The notes under the pieces are model-generated. The model had not been told where the DNA came from. It ran no database searches and worked only from the letters and a program-made list of their open reading frames with translations. Positions 37,786 to 50,715 of a DNA stretch of 64,000 bases are shown here, piece by piece. Numbering within the stretch: position 1 is the first letter of the stretch; each line of letters starts with the position of its first letter. Both the position numbers and the translations under genes were made by a program. This DNA is from Glycera tridactyla (lineage: Eukaryota), in NCBI GenBank assembly GCA_965644265.1, contig OZ286461.1, positions 28,024,001 through 28,088,000 of the forward strand, in the 5' to 3' direction.

Positions 37786-39413
37786 GTACGTATTTACAAA
37801 CAATTACTTTGAACTTATAACAACAACATTTCTGCTTCTCTAACAACAAGACAACAACAAAAACGACAGCAATAACAATTATAATAACAACAAGAATATC
37901 ATCAGCATTCCTGACATATCATATTCTTCTCATTGCCATGGAAACAGAGGATTCATTTCGATAATTCTCTGGCAATGATGGTTGGATTACTTAGCATTTC
38001 CACCCTTTCTTCTGTTAACTGAACTTTTCGAATCTCAAGCGATATGCTATAATGTTGGCTTCGGCTGATGTTGTCGCTGTTGTTATCAGTGTTGTTGTTA
38101 TTTTCATAGTTGTTGCTTTATGCTTCTATGCTGTAATAACGGCTGACTTGGAGTTGTAAATATGCTTTGGGGGAATTTCGACCATTTTCTTTTCGGTAGA
38201 ACATGCGTTTGGTGTGCGAAATAATTCAGTTTTCACTTATGGCATCTCAGCTAGTGACGAAAATAGAATAAATTCGAGAGTGTAACTAGATTCGAGGAAG
38301 ATGAGAAGTTGGACAGAGGGAAAAGAAGGGTGAATCGAAGATGATCAATCGATCACTTGATGATGGGAAAAACAGGGATGCTTACGCAGCAATCCCTGAT
38401 GGGGTGTGATGGAGGGGTGGGGGGTATCCCACAGTAAAAGATGGTCCGTGGGAACTGGTAGACGGTTCATTGCCGCTCAACTCAGGCAAGCATGCCATAG
38501 ATACCCCAGAGCCGGGGTGCAACATGCAGGCTGGAGTTGGCAACTGGCAGAAGGGGCTGAGCCTTTTGTTTTTTACCATCACACCCTTCATCAACGTGAA
38601 CGGGTATGCTGCTTGCTGTTTTGTACCATCATCAGTCGATGAGTGAACATCGGCGGGGCGGGTGATCAGCCTTGCAGTGAGGAGGTCCTCTCTTGTGAGC
38701 AGGAGCGAGCAGACACGCTCGTACCAGGGGAATTTACTCTCACCAGCTCAGGGAGACTCAACTTACTTCCATCGGACTGGACTCCTCCTCCTCTTCTTCC
38801 TCACACTCTTTCGTCATGCGCTATATTGGGCTCGCTATAATTGGCTGATTAATCTTTAAAACTTCTTTCGTGAGGGATAATCTAGGATAATACTTGGATT
38901 AAGCAAATCTATTGCAAGATGACGGGCGAAACTAATGAAATGGAACATGCCATTCTTATTAAGAGGTGAGATTCGATAATCGAAACAAAACGAAATATCA
39001 TAACAGATCAATGTTATCAGAATGTTTCGTTTTGATGTACTCATTCAGCCAGACTTGTGATCTCACAAAAGTCATCCAAAGATGCCACCCATGATGATCC
39101 TCTTTATTCATCGATGTCAGAAATATCATATGATAAAAACAGAATATGAAGTACCATGAGATTAAAACCTAGTGAAGCATCGCAAATATACTCCACCGAT
39201 AGTACTAGTACCAGTTGGAAAATATCTCATCATGAGTGAAATTTTCATCCTGAATTCGGAAAAAATGTGCAAAAATACAGGAAACCAATGGAACCATCAT
39301 CAGCGAAATTTTATTCAGACTTCCGATGATGGGGATCAACATGCTATCGTATCTCACTAAATTTCTGTTTGAGGAACGGCAAAATACTAAGAAAACCATT
39401 TCTTTACTTGCAG

Positions 39414-39504
39414 AAAGGACCAGGAAATCAACAACCTGAACGGCAAGTTGGAGGAGGAACAGAACCTCGTTGCTCAGCTCCAGAAGAAGATCAAGGAACT
39501 GACC
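39414..39504 (+). CDS. Mhc: Exon W16 (KKDQEINNLNGKLEEEQNLVAQLQKKIKELT)
   Basis: tgcAG / GTgagt, 91 nt, phase 2-0; missed by ORF track. Confidence 0.96.
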
Positions 39505-39705
39505 GTGAGTATCTGTCTCAATATAGCACCAGTCATAATCAAATGCTGCTTCTCTTGCTTAGCTATAATTAACTGATTATCACTCAGCTTGATGCATATT
39601 TGCGCAATATCTTGTTGGCATTTCAGAAGATAAACTGGAATTCCTCAACATTTTGAAATATTCCTCACAGGGAAGACATCACTGCATCATAACCTGTGGT
39701 AGGAA

Positions 39706-39739
<34 letters not shown>

Positions 39740-42560
39740 CTCATTTATGCCCAATATATGGCCTCTTCAAGTGGGGCCTTCCTTCAGATTTGCTATTACT
39801 AATCTCCAAACAAGCCAGAAATGGTGGCCAATGGATGTACTTGATGTCCAGTTGGCACCCCTGGTTGCCTGCTTGTTATAGCTATATCATGCTTGTTATC
39901 GCTGATACCTATCAGGCTTTAATGCCATGGCAAATTGCTGGTTGCTTGGTTGTTTGATATATCATGAATACCAAATGGGGTATATTGAAACGCCCATGAA
40001 TTCGGATATCATGGTTTATAATTGATGTTTAAGTCAATATCTGAAGAATCTTTAAAGGCGCATACAATTCCTTCTCTCGGAGAAGCATATATTGATTGTT
40101 TTTGTAGATTTAGTGGCAATGGTATAGAATAGAACACGAACATATGCACACGAACGTATTTTTTAGTATGTTTATTGCTCTTGTACTCTTGTGAATCATT
40201 TAAAACTTAACAGTTGGTGCAAGTCGGAAACTAATATCCATGGAAAATTTCGATGAAATAGGAACTGGGAAGAATGGGTGAGATGTGAAATATCGAAACC
40301 GGAAGCATTGAGATTTTACGAGGCCGAAGTGGTATATGGTGATTCGATAACCAGGGATTCTTGCATTTATACCGCAGATTCAGAGCCTAAAATCAAAACC
40401 TTCTGAAAGTATCCTTAGGGGATATTGTTCCTATATCACACAACTTCATATCCCATGGATTCTACTATATCCGTGGTATGGGGGGAATAATCCCCAATCA
40501 GTCCATCACGGAAGATGTTAATTCACACCACGGCCTACATACATTTTACCTGTTGGTTTGCGGCCCCAATCATCTCACATACCTGGATTGATCCGTGGGA
40601 TGGCTACAGAGGATGCAGGGTGGATGGGGATGGATGAGGGCCCGCTGCTGCTGCTCTATATCTCGCCTGTAGCCCAGGTGAGATGTTGGCCCAGCTTTCT
40701 CAGGTGAGAATCGGCAATTCAGAGGTCAGGAGAGGTCACGGCGGGCCAGGAGCTACTCAATCAAAATCCCCCGCACTGCCAGAGCGGAATGTCTTCGTCG
40801 GAACTAGTACTTTCTTGTTCCGAAGTTCAAATGCCGGATACCACGGAATCCACCGAACAAGTCGAATATGACCAATAAGATGATTAATCCCTTCATCAGA
40901 AGATGATCAGACTCCTACATGGGACATCATAATTCTATCTGCATTTCCATCAGTTTTAGTTGAGATTTCCCAGTTTTGATGTATCCTGCGGATTTGGTCA
41001 CTTCGGCGAGTACCACTGAGCTATATTTAGGTCTAACCACAGAAAGCTGACTCAACACCCGAGGCCCAGGTTGAATCATCGGCCATGAAGGTTGATGTGC
41101 TGCTATCTGTTAGATGTCATGCGGGATGAAATATTTATGTTTACCGCTAACCACCCCATGCGGCTCATCCAGAACATCATGGATGTATACAACGGGTACT
41201 TCACTGTATCTGTATATCTACATGCAGCCTACCTTAGATAAATGGGCCTTGAGTACTCAAGTAGACGAGAGCTCAAGTACACGCACCCCCNNNNNNNNNN
41301 NNNNNNNNNNNNNNNNNNNNNNNNNNNNNNNNNNNNNNNNNNNNNNNNNNNNNNNNNNNNNNNNNNNNNNNNNNNNNNNNNNNNNNNNNNNNNNNNNNNN
41401 NNNNNNNNNNNNNNNNNNNNNNNNNNNNNNNNNNNNNNNNNNNNNNNNNNNNNNNNNNNNNNNNNNNNNNNTTTCACTCGGACTTGCACTCAACAAGACT
41501 CATGCTACGTACAAGTGCCTTTAGCACAACGCACAAGTGCAGAATCATAGACCATACTGAAATCTAGCCNNNNNNNNNNNNNNNNNNNNNNNNNNNNNNN
41601 NNNNNNNNNNNNNNNNNNNNNNNNNNNNNNNNNNNNNNNNNNNNNNNNNNNNNNNNNNNNNNNNNNNNNNNNNNNNNNNNNNNNNNNNNNNNNNNNNNNN
41701 NNNNNNNNNNNNNNNNNNNNNNAAACATGAATGCNNNNNNNNNNNNNNNNNNNNNNNNNNNNNNNNNNNNNNNNNNNNNNNNNNNNNNNNNNNNNNNNNN
41801 NNNNNNNNNNNNNNNNNNNNNNNNNNNNNNNNNNNNNNNNNNNNNNNNNNNNNNNNNNNNNNNNNNNNNNNNNNNNNNNNNNNNNNNNNNNNNNNNNNNN
41901 NNNNNNNNNNNNNNNNNNNNNNNNNNNNNNNNNNNNNNNNNNNTAATGTTTCCATGAATGTGCCAGAATTGACTGGCATATTTCCAGATGAATAGAAAAT
42001 TGGACAGAATAGATAGAGAAAAGACACACAGACCATACCATAAGATAGACCGGGAAGCCGTTCCCCAGATATACACTAGCAATTAGATGTTGGCGCCGAA
42101 ATCAGCGAGGAAATCCAATGTTTGTATATTTAGTTGTTGCAAATTACGTGCATTCAAGCAGTGGGCGGTGGCGTTCTCAAGGTCAAAGAAAACCTCTGGG
42201 CACTTAACTGGTTGATATATCAGCCCACTCCTAAAATCCAAGGCCCAAGCACACATGAAACTGTCAAGTTCATTTGGCGCTGAGCAAGTTTGATGCCTGC
42301 TTTTTATCAGGCGAACAGACCAAAAACACAAGCAAACAGCAGGGCCGTCCATCTTCCAATATTCAGCCAGAAAAAATGCGCTGTCCGACCTACGGTTGGA
42401 TTTATGCCTCAGACTCTTCCTCTCAACAAAACAGTTGATCTACAACATTGGAGTCTAACTGACATTCGAAGCATGCTGATCAGTTAAAAGTGAAAGCTGC
42501 TGGGTAGACAGTTGGTGCTGACCTTTAGAGCGGGGGTATTGTTGATTAGTTAGCTTTTTA

Positions 42561-42690
42561 ATTGGTCGGTAAACGGATTGGCAACGTCGGTGCCATCAGC
42601 AATATTCTCTGTATGAGATCTAGGCCAACTAGCCCCCGCCATATATGGCGTCTGCGATTACCCGAGTAGGCTAGGGGGTGGGCTGTTTAC
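42561..42690 (+). promoter_or_regulatory. Candidate internal muscle promoter: two ATTGG (reverse CCAAT), GC box, perfect CArG CCATATATGG (42639..42648)
   Basis: Motif cluster about 550 nt upstream of the ATG of exon R1; each motif alone is short enough to occur by chance. Confidence 0.55.
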
Positions 42691-43193
42691 CTGCCAGTAG
42701 CGGCCGGGGTTGGTACGTGAGGTTGGGCTTGCACTAGCCCACCCGAGCCAGCTACCCCCACACACATACCCCCCCTCTCAACACACACTGCCAATTCCAA
42801 GTACCTGGTGCATCGCAGACAGGCTCGCAGACTGGCATCTCTTACGCATGCGTGGAATGCTGGCCAGGGAGATATTTACTTATCCACGATGTACTGAGCG
42901 AGCTGAGTTTGCGATTCTTCCTGCTCGGAGTTTGTCATCATTTGAGTCCCGTCGGCCAAGCCTGCTGCATTCTCTGGTGGCCCTTGCCAGCTCATACCTC
43001 CTAGGATACTACTTCACTTCGACTACTGGGACACCTTTCGCTTCCACTACTCCTATGAAGTGTCTCTTCTCAACTCTTTCGTGAGCACTCCATACTACTT
43101 ACCGTCCCTGGGATAGGTTGTGGATAGTCTCTGTGGACTACTAGTAACACTTGGACTAGTTACTCTTGGGTTGACGGGCCACCGGATTTTAAA

Positions 43194-43955
43194 ATGGCTG
43201 ATGAAGAGAGTGCTACGCCTTCGGTAGAGCCAGTTGCACCACCAGCTGAAGCTGAACCGGCTGCTCCACCAAAGGAAAAGAAAAAGAAAAAGAAGAAGGA
43301 TAAACACAGTGAGTCTGAATCGGAATCCGCTCCAGCGACTGTCACACCAACAGTTAGTGAGCCACCTGCGCCTGCGACAGCAGCCCCAGTTGTTGAGGAA
43401 GCAGCACCAGCACCAGAGCCAGCAGCAGCAGCACCAGAAGCGGCAGCACCACAAGTGTCTGTCTCACAAGATCCGCCCTCTATCAATGTGACATGTGAAC
43501 CACAAGTGGAGACCAAAGTCCCCGAACAGGGTGGCCATGGGTCACCTCCTCCAACAAGCACCTATACCAGTGACACTCCTACCAGCAAAGTTGATGACGA
43601 GTTTATGGACTCCTTTCGTAGCTCCTCGGCTAAGTACGTTTACTCAGAGGAGAAGACCTCTACCAAAGCAAAATCAAAATATGACACGGAGGAGGATGCA
43701 CACCATGTTTTTGACCGATACTCAAAGCGGGACCCGTTCACGACGGAAGCGGATATTGAATATACTTCACGGCTGATTCATACGGCTTTAGGGGACCTAC
43801 GCTCAGGGGAAGCCCGTTTGATCAACCACCCAATTTTGGAGAAGAACCCACCGGAACCCATAATGAATCCTAAACTCCGGGCCGGTAGTCGGCGTGTGAT
43901 GAGGGCAGGCTACGATCTCGGCTTCACTCAACCTGGCCTCAAGGCATTATATGAT
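43194..43955 (+). CDS. Exon R1: unique 254-aa N-terminus of a headless rod isoform (catchin/myorod/MRP-like)
   Basis: aaaATGG start, 762-nt open frame, GAT|GTAGGC donor in phase 0 matching the phase-0 acceptor of W17; no myosin homology. Confidence 0.85.
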
Positions 43956-44274
43956 GTAGGCATCGCCATACATGGCTTACTCTCTTTAAATAAGATCGTT
44001 CACTTCTCGAAATCTTGCAAATCCTGGTATACTCGATAATTCTCCAGGCTTTGCAAGCTCAACCAATGACCCTGTCTCATCAATCAAGCAAATGGTAATC
44101 TCGACAGTATTCACTCATTCCAACCAGTCTCTTTTATGTCCAAATCTTCCATGGATATAAGCACCAGTTGTAAGGTTTTTCATGGATTATTTCAGCACTC
44201 GATTGTGTCCAGTTGTTGATGAATATGTGCAGGAGTATTTGGGCTGACCGGATGTTATTTGTCTTGACTTGCAG

Positions 44275-44331
44275 GCCCGTATTGAGGAGCTCGAGGAGGA
44301 ACTCGAAGCCGAGCGTGCTGCCCGTTCCAAG
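44275..44331 (+). CDS. Mhc: Exon W17 (ARIEELEEELEAERAARSK)
   Basis: tgcAG / GTaaga, 57 nt, phase 0-0. Confidence 0.96.
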
Positions 44332-45478
44332 GTAAGAATAACTCATATCAATGGCATCGAGAGATGGCCTTCTGTGTGTTTAAATGATTGCGAAGGTAGC
44401 TTGAATCAATGTGATTCATAGAGATTAATCCAGCACTAGAAAAGGGAAATGGTTGTGAAATCGTAGAAGTAAGGGTAGCGATAAACGTTGAAGGCCGAGG
44501 TAATGGTGGGGACAATGGTATTTCTAGGATTAAGAGGGTTAATCCTGTTGTAAATCCCAATGAATTATATGAAGCACCATCTACCAAATATACAAGCTTC
44601 CCTGGAGATCCATGGGAGTATCTGTAGCTGGGGGAGAACCCTCCTAGTTTGAAAGGCGGAACAGCTGAGTGAACTCAATCTCTTTAAACGGCAGGCATTC
44701 AATCCTGTCTGACAGATGAAAAAAAGAAAAAGAAGAAGGTACAGGTAGAAGAGCAGGTCTTGCTGACGTTAGCGATTTCTTCCATCATTTCGAGCATCTC
44801 TAGGGTATGCCCCCTCCCCTCCATCTTCAACCCATCTCTTGGACTGGTATCAAGTAGCACTGATAAGCTCCAGCTGTGAGGATGATTACCAGGACCCATC
44901 TGTCAGCTACACATCCTACTTGGATCGCTGTACCCGGCTAATGCACCCCAACTACATCAATAAACGGTGCTTGTGGGATTACATTTTATATCCTCTAAAA
45001 TCCCCTGCTGGCTAATAAACATTGTACAGCTGTAGTCTTCATCTCATGAGCTGTAGAAACCACAGGCATCCTCCAATATTCTGAAGATGCTCTGAATTTT
45101 GTATTGATTGAAAATTCCTAACGGTAATTTTCAATTCCCATGATGGTATACATAGAAGAAACATAATCTACTACTTGCAGCAAACAAAATTCTTTTCAAG
45201 ATCAATAGAGAATATTCTAGCAGCTGTTGATATTTCTCACACCATCTTACTGTGTGAGCTACAAAAATTGGGTGGAACTTTCAATCTGGAATTTCAAATG
45301 ATCACTTCAGTGAATGCAGACAGTATTGACTTTTGGCTTATGAGTCAGCGAATGTTTGTACACAGGGGTTTACCTGATGAGCGAGGGGGCTTTCCAATTG
45401 ATTCTTCTCAATGATATTGTATCCAGCATTCAAGTGTCAAACTCTGCAGGTGAGCACATCTTGATCCTTCTTCGGCAG

Positions 45479-45565
45479 GTTGAGAAGCAGCGTGCTGAGT
45501 TGAGCCGCGAACTCGAGGAGCTCTCAGAGCGTCTGGATGAGGCTGGTGGTGCCACAGCTGCCCAG
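45479..45565 (+). CDS. Mhc: Exon W18 ([29 protein letters not shown])
   Basis: gcAG / GTaaga, 87 nt, phase 0-0. Confidence 0.97.
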
Positions 45566-46242
45566 GTAAGAGAATACCATCATCCTCTCATCTCTTCATA
45601 TAAACAAAATTTAAAAAAGTAACTTCAGTTAACAGCTGGTGGGAGTACCGCATCCATCCGAAATTGTAAGTGACTCCACTCAGCAATCATAAAACCTTCA
45701 GACCTACTCATTCTGTTTTTTCGGCTTCGATATAGAAGGTCGAGATCTTCATATTGCACTCCTAGCTGTGTGATATAAACGTGAGAATATATAGTTGTTC
45801 ACTTGTCTATAATGCTCTTCATAGATGGTTGATAACAGAGAGAGAGCTCAATTTCTGGATATCCCATCACAAAGCCTGGAGAGACATGTGAGCGAGCTGG
45901 GAACATATTGCTCTTCACATATGGGAATAATACAAACATTGGACTCATATAGGGGTTCACTTTCTCGATAAAGCAGTTAGGTGCTGGGAGTGGGACAAAT
46001 GAGCTTAATAGAAACGCTGTGATTATACAGTTGTTAAATTTCTCGGTAATGCATTCTCAGATAGGTCAGAAACAAAAGCTGAGAATATAACATATAATTT
46101 TCAAATTTCTCGGTATTTCACTATGCATATGGTAACAACACCAAGACTGAGAATATCAGACTGAGAATATCATCAAATTTTACGCCATTGTACTATACAG
46201 TATCTGCAGGAAACTGAGCAACTGTCTGTCTCCTGCTTGTAG

Positions 46243-46409
46243 CTTGACATCAACAAGAAGCGCGAGGCTGAGGTACAGAAGCTCCGCCGTGACCTCGAGG
46301 AATCTCAGGTTCAGTCTGAACAACAGATCGCCTCCATCAAGAAGAAGCAGCAGGATGCTGTCAACGAGCTCTCAGACCAGCTCGACAACCTCTCCAAGGT
46401 TAAGGCCAA
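46243..46409 (+). CDS. Mhc: Exon W19 (LDINKKREAE...LSKVKAK)
   Basis: tgtAG / GTaagt, 167 nt, phase 0-2. Confidence 0.97.
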
Positions 46410-46429
46410 GTAAGTCCGCCTCCTCACCT

Positions 46430-46829
46430 CATAGAGCAAGTTGAGGGACAGCAGTTCACCTTGTGGTAAACCTTAGCCACGATTCAATTCTTACCACATA
46501 GTGCAAGTTGGGGGACAGCAGTCCTCCTTGTGGTAAACCTTAGCCACGATTCAATTCTTACCACATAGAGCAAGTTGGGGGACAGCAGTTCACCTTGTGG
46601 TATACCTTAGCCATGATTCAATTCTTACCACATAGAGCAAGTTGGGGGACAGCAGTTGACCTTGTGGTAAACCTTAGCCAATATTCAATGCATACCACAA
46701 AGAGCAAGTTGGGGGACAGCAGTTCACCTTGTGGTGAACCTTAGCCATGATTCAATTCTTACCACATAGAGCAAGATGGGGGACAGCAGTCCGACCTTGT
46801 GGTATACCTTAGCCATGACTCAATTCTTA
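46430..46829. repeat. 67-bp tandem repeat x6 starting 20 nt after the W19 donor
   Basis: Unit starts 46430, 46497, 46564, 46631, 46698, 46765. Confidence 0.95.
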
Positions 46830-47721
46830 TATGCTATGCCTCGATTATTATTCAGCCTTCCATATTCGACCATCACCATGACGGATAATAGTAGCATTAA
46901 TCTATCAGTTTTTCGAACATGAAGTCGATAGGCATGAGCTTTACAAAGATTCTTTTCTTATCGGACGAAAGATAAAAGAAAATGATGCTCTTCGATAGAC
47001 GTCTTGGCAACTTGGGACCAAGCACAAACCAATCTCATAAGCATAAAATATACAATCATCAATGATAGATTGGAGGGATTCAGCCACCTTCACCCATCAG
47101 TGGTAAGGAAATGGTCACAGTTATAAAGATTCAGCAATGATCATCACATGATTGTCGCCATTCTCTGTGGGGACATACAGCGATTCTATTGTGACAAAGC
47201 TGAAATAGTGAAGCAATATCGATATTGTTGCCTCCCTACAATATTCATAGAAATTCTCAATTGAATAGTGGTCACACGATCCCAAAAATCGATGAAGAGA
47301 TTCAGTTTTGAAGAGCTAATATGTATTGACTTGTATGGTTTAATTGTCTTCATTTGCAGATGTGCATTGTTGATGTGCATGCAGCATATATTTAAGTTTA
47401 TGTTAGTGATGTGGATATGTCGCGAATGTATTTGGATTGAATGAGTGCATGACTAACAGAACAACTTATGGTCACTAGTTACTGTAATTCACAATAAAAC
47501 AGGTGGGCGAAGTAGTTGTTCTGGTAGTCAAAAGTTGGTATGAATCTATATGTGAGCATGCTATCGTTGAGTTACCAGTTGAACCTTCTCTCTGAGCGAA
47601 GGGGAAGCAGCCCTACTAGGTGGTAATCCAAACCAGGGATAATCTCTCTCAGCATCAGTCATGATGGGTTTATCAAAAGGGAGCTGAGAACAGGGGGTTC
47701 AACTTGAACTTGAACTTGCAG

Positions 47722-47800
47722 GATTGAGAAGGAGAAGAGCCATTTGAAGTCCGAATGCGAGGACCTCCACTCCCAGGTTGAGCACGTAACAAAGGCCAAG
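47722..47800 (+). CDS. Mhc: Alternative hinge exon W20a (IEKEKSHLKSECEDLHSQVEHVTKAK)
   Basis: tgcAG / GTaaac, 79 nt, phase 2-0. Confidence 0.94.
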
Positions 47801-48772
47801 GTAAACAGGTTACCCCTTAGCATTGGCATGGAAACAAGAGTCTGGTGCTGCCTCAACTCATCACAACCTACCGACTACATCCGACCTGTCGAGATGCAAT
47901 CATCATCACTTGCCGTTCTTTTGAGATTTCTTTCCTACAACTCTTTCCAATCCTTTGCCTCAACAACACGTGCTTTTCCATCACACCGAATCTTGATGCA
48001 ACAGAAAACAGAAGATAAACAAAAGAAGAATTGAATAAACATTTGTCAATGTTTATCACATGCGAAGACTATTCGCTTTTTATGAATGTCGGATTTGGAA
48101 AAAATTATCATTAACATCCGATATAGATGAACATGCATCAGTGAATCTCACTGACATCAGGCATTTCCAAGTATCAATCATGGCAGAAAAAAGTGTCATA
48201 TGCAGAAATAATACCAATGGGATATTCCCATGACAATACAGTGTACCACAGAAAAGTTGAGCTTTTCTGACTCTAATCCAGAGTAAACCTGTCGGAACAT
48301 ATATGTTGGAAGACCATTAATTTACTCTGTCAGTGGATCGCTCTGCCCTGAACCGGTTACTAGTGGTAATCACAACAATTTGACATACTGTAGACACAAT
48401 GAAGGCATCTCTCTGAGAGCGAGAAGACTTGTTCTACTCTACTCACCACTTCATATAGCTCATTGGAGCTGGAAGAATTACATACTCCTCGGTGTCTGGA
48501 TAGGAAAAGATGGAAAAGCACTGGTGTGTGATCGAGGGTCCCCACATCCCATTCTTACAAAACAGGTTGCTGTGATGACGTGGTGCCGTGGCTGGTAGTT
48601 GCAGTGTAGAGCGAGTATAAGCTGGTGTTCTCCTCGCCGTGCCTCCTTTATTATTTTTTGCCAGTGTGATGTTTCATTTTCTCTCTGATATCATCATCCA
48701 TGATTGGTACCCGTTTGTGTCTGCATGCCCCGTCTCTTATGGTGTGCTGTGATTGATTTGACGTCGTTGCAG

Positions 48773-48851
48773 AGTTGAGAAGGAAAAGGCAACGTACAAG
48801 GCTGATTTTGAGGATCTCCAGCACCAACTGGAACATGTGGAGAAAAGCCGG
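48773..48851 (+). CDS. Mhc: Alternative hinge exon W20b (VEKEKATYKADFEDLQHQLEHVEKSR)
   Basis: tgcAG / GTatgc, 79 nt, phase 2-0; paralog of W20a. Confidence 0.9.
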
Positions 48852-50715
48852 GTATGCATGGCAGATGGTGGTGTATTTAAATCACTTCAGATATCTGTAT
48901 CACCGTGGTTATACCCCTGAAAATGATATCAATATTAATGCCTTTATTCGCAGAATCCTCTGCAGATTGGCTTCAAACTTGTATTCTTTCGTTTGAAAAT
49001 AAAGTTATTTACATTTACATTTAAACTTTGCATACGGTCACGTCCCACCCATGTGATAGAGAATGCAATTATGTCAAGAGACATCATGGCGAAGAATAAT
49101 ACTTCTCTGTGATTGATAATAAAACAGCCTTAGTCGATATGATCCTGATGAAAATAATTCTTCAGAGGGATACCATATCTTGCTGAATGCATGATACCCT
49201 ATTTACCACGAATTGCTACAGAAATATATTTCTTTCTAGCCACTAGTCTTGCCATAGTCACTCTTCTTGCCCTCGCATGAGTCGAACTGTACATGCGTGG
49301 TGTGCATCCTCTCGCACAAACACACGCACAAACACACGCTCCACAGAGTGGACAAAGAGTCGACACTGTTACAATCTCATCAGAAAATGGCACAACGATT
49401 CATACTCTGCTTTCACATAAATGAAAGGAATTCTAGATAGAATTTCGACCCTGCACATTTTGTTTCTTACCAGGGGTGTAACCACATCCAGGGAACCGAT
49501 TCAATTCTCCACAATGACATTACAATGAATCCATCTCTATTGTCAAAAATATACGGTGAATCGATGCATTCCTGTGTTGATGGCCGACATCGTAATAGGA
49601 ATCCGACAGAATATAACTAAAATAGACATAAAACGACGTTGGACAGGTCAGGATTAAAGTTGCAGCAGAAAGAAAAATCACAGAATAGATTTCATTCAAC
49701 CAGTGTTCAGTTTAACCCGGCGCACTTTTTGCCGGAATATGGCTACTAGTTCTATTTATATTGAAATATGACTGACTGGTGAAATAGAATAATTGACAAG
49801 CCTAATTATCAAGCACATGACATCCAGTGAATGTACACATTCGGCATATTTGGCATTCTCAAGTTTACATGCAACCTTAATCTGCTTCCATATACATATG
49901 CAACCCATATTTGATTGAAAAAAAACAGGTCATTCGGCCAATTCGGCAATTCGATAAGTTCAGCGGCACTCCAATCCTCTTTTCCGATCGCGTGAAATTC
50001 ATTGAAAACAATGTCTTGTCGATCTTTGTTTTTTTTTGCTGATCTGTGTACGTAGTCTTATAGCTTTTATGGTTTAAGACTTGATTTCCACTTCATGTAG
50101 TGTACTATATGCATTTATTTTTATTTCTGTAAGAGATCTATATAATGGAGCTAAGCAGATTTGCATTATTCATTTAGCTTCCCGTCTGTGTCCTACGTAG
50201 TTGGCATCATAAGTAGAGTGTGCATGAGTATGACCAGAATGACTAGATGACTAGCTGACAGCAAACTACGAACTTCATCTGTTGATTACAATCAATCAAT
50301 CACGATTAGCATTGCAGTTTACTGAGAGAGCCACTCTGTCACTACACCCTCTCAACAAATGCCATAATTCTGCTTCCAAAGATATGTATCTATTGAAATT
50401 TTTATTGTTTGCATATAGAAAGCTCTCTTCTGAATAGAAACCACCAAACGCTGTCCTAAATGGATATTCAAATATTTGGTGGCCTAGCTGTGCCTCTCGC
50501 AAATCATTGTTCTTTTCTCATCAAAGTCTTACCAGACTTGCACTCTTGTTCAAAAAGTTGGACTGAAATTGTAGACATCTTGTATGAAAGAATGGTATAA
50601 TGAGATAGCTTTGGTCGATACGACATTGTTCAGGTTTGACAGAAAAGTGATATTAGAAAATACTTGTGGTCTTGGTTCCAACCAAATAGTTGACACTATT
50701 GTTTTCTCTTTCTAG

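Noticed and set aside
37256-37849. Long antisense ORFs over rod exons (also 50653..51468, 55179..55592, 34840..36036)
   Set aside because: Mirror frames of strongly codon-biased coiled-coil exons; Leu/Val-rich antisense reading with no independent gene signals.
41021-41030. MEF2-like CTATATTTAG about 2.2 kb upstream of R1
   Set aside because: Expected several times by chance in AT-rich 64 kb; no independent support.
43956-44039. Last 27 codons of ORF 43194..44039
   Set aside because: Follow a good phase-0 donor (GAT|GTAGGC) and lose coding-like composition; treated as intron read-through.
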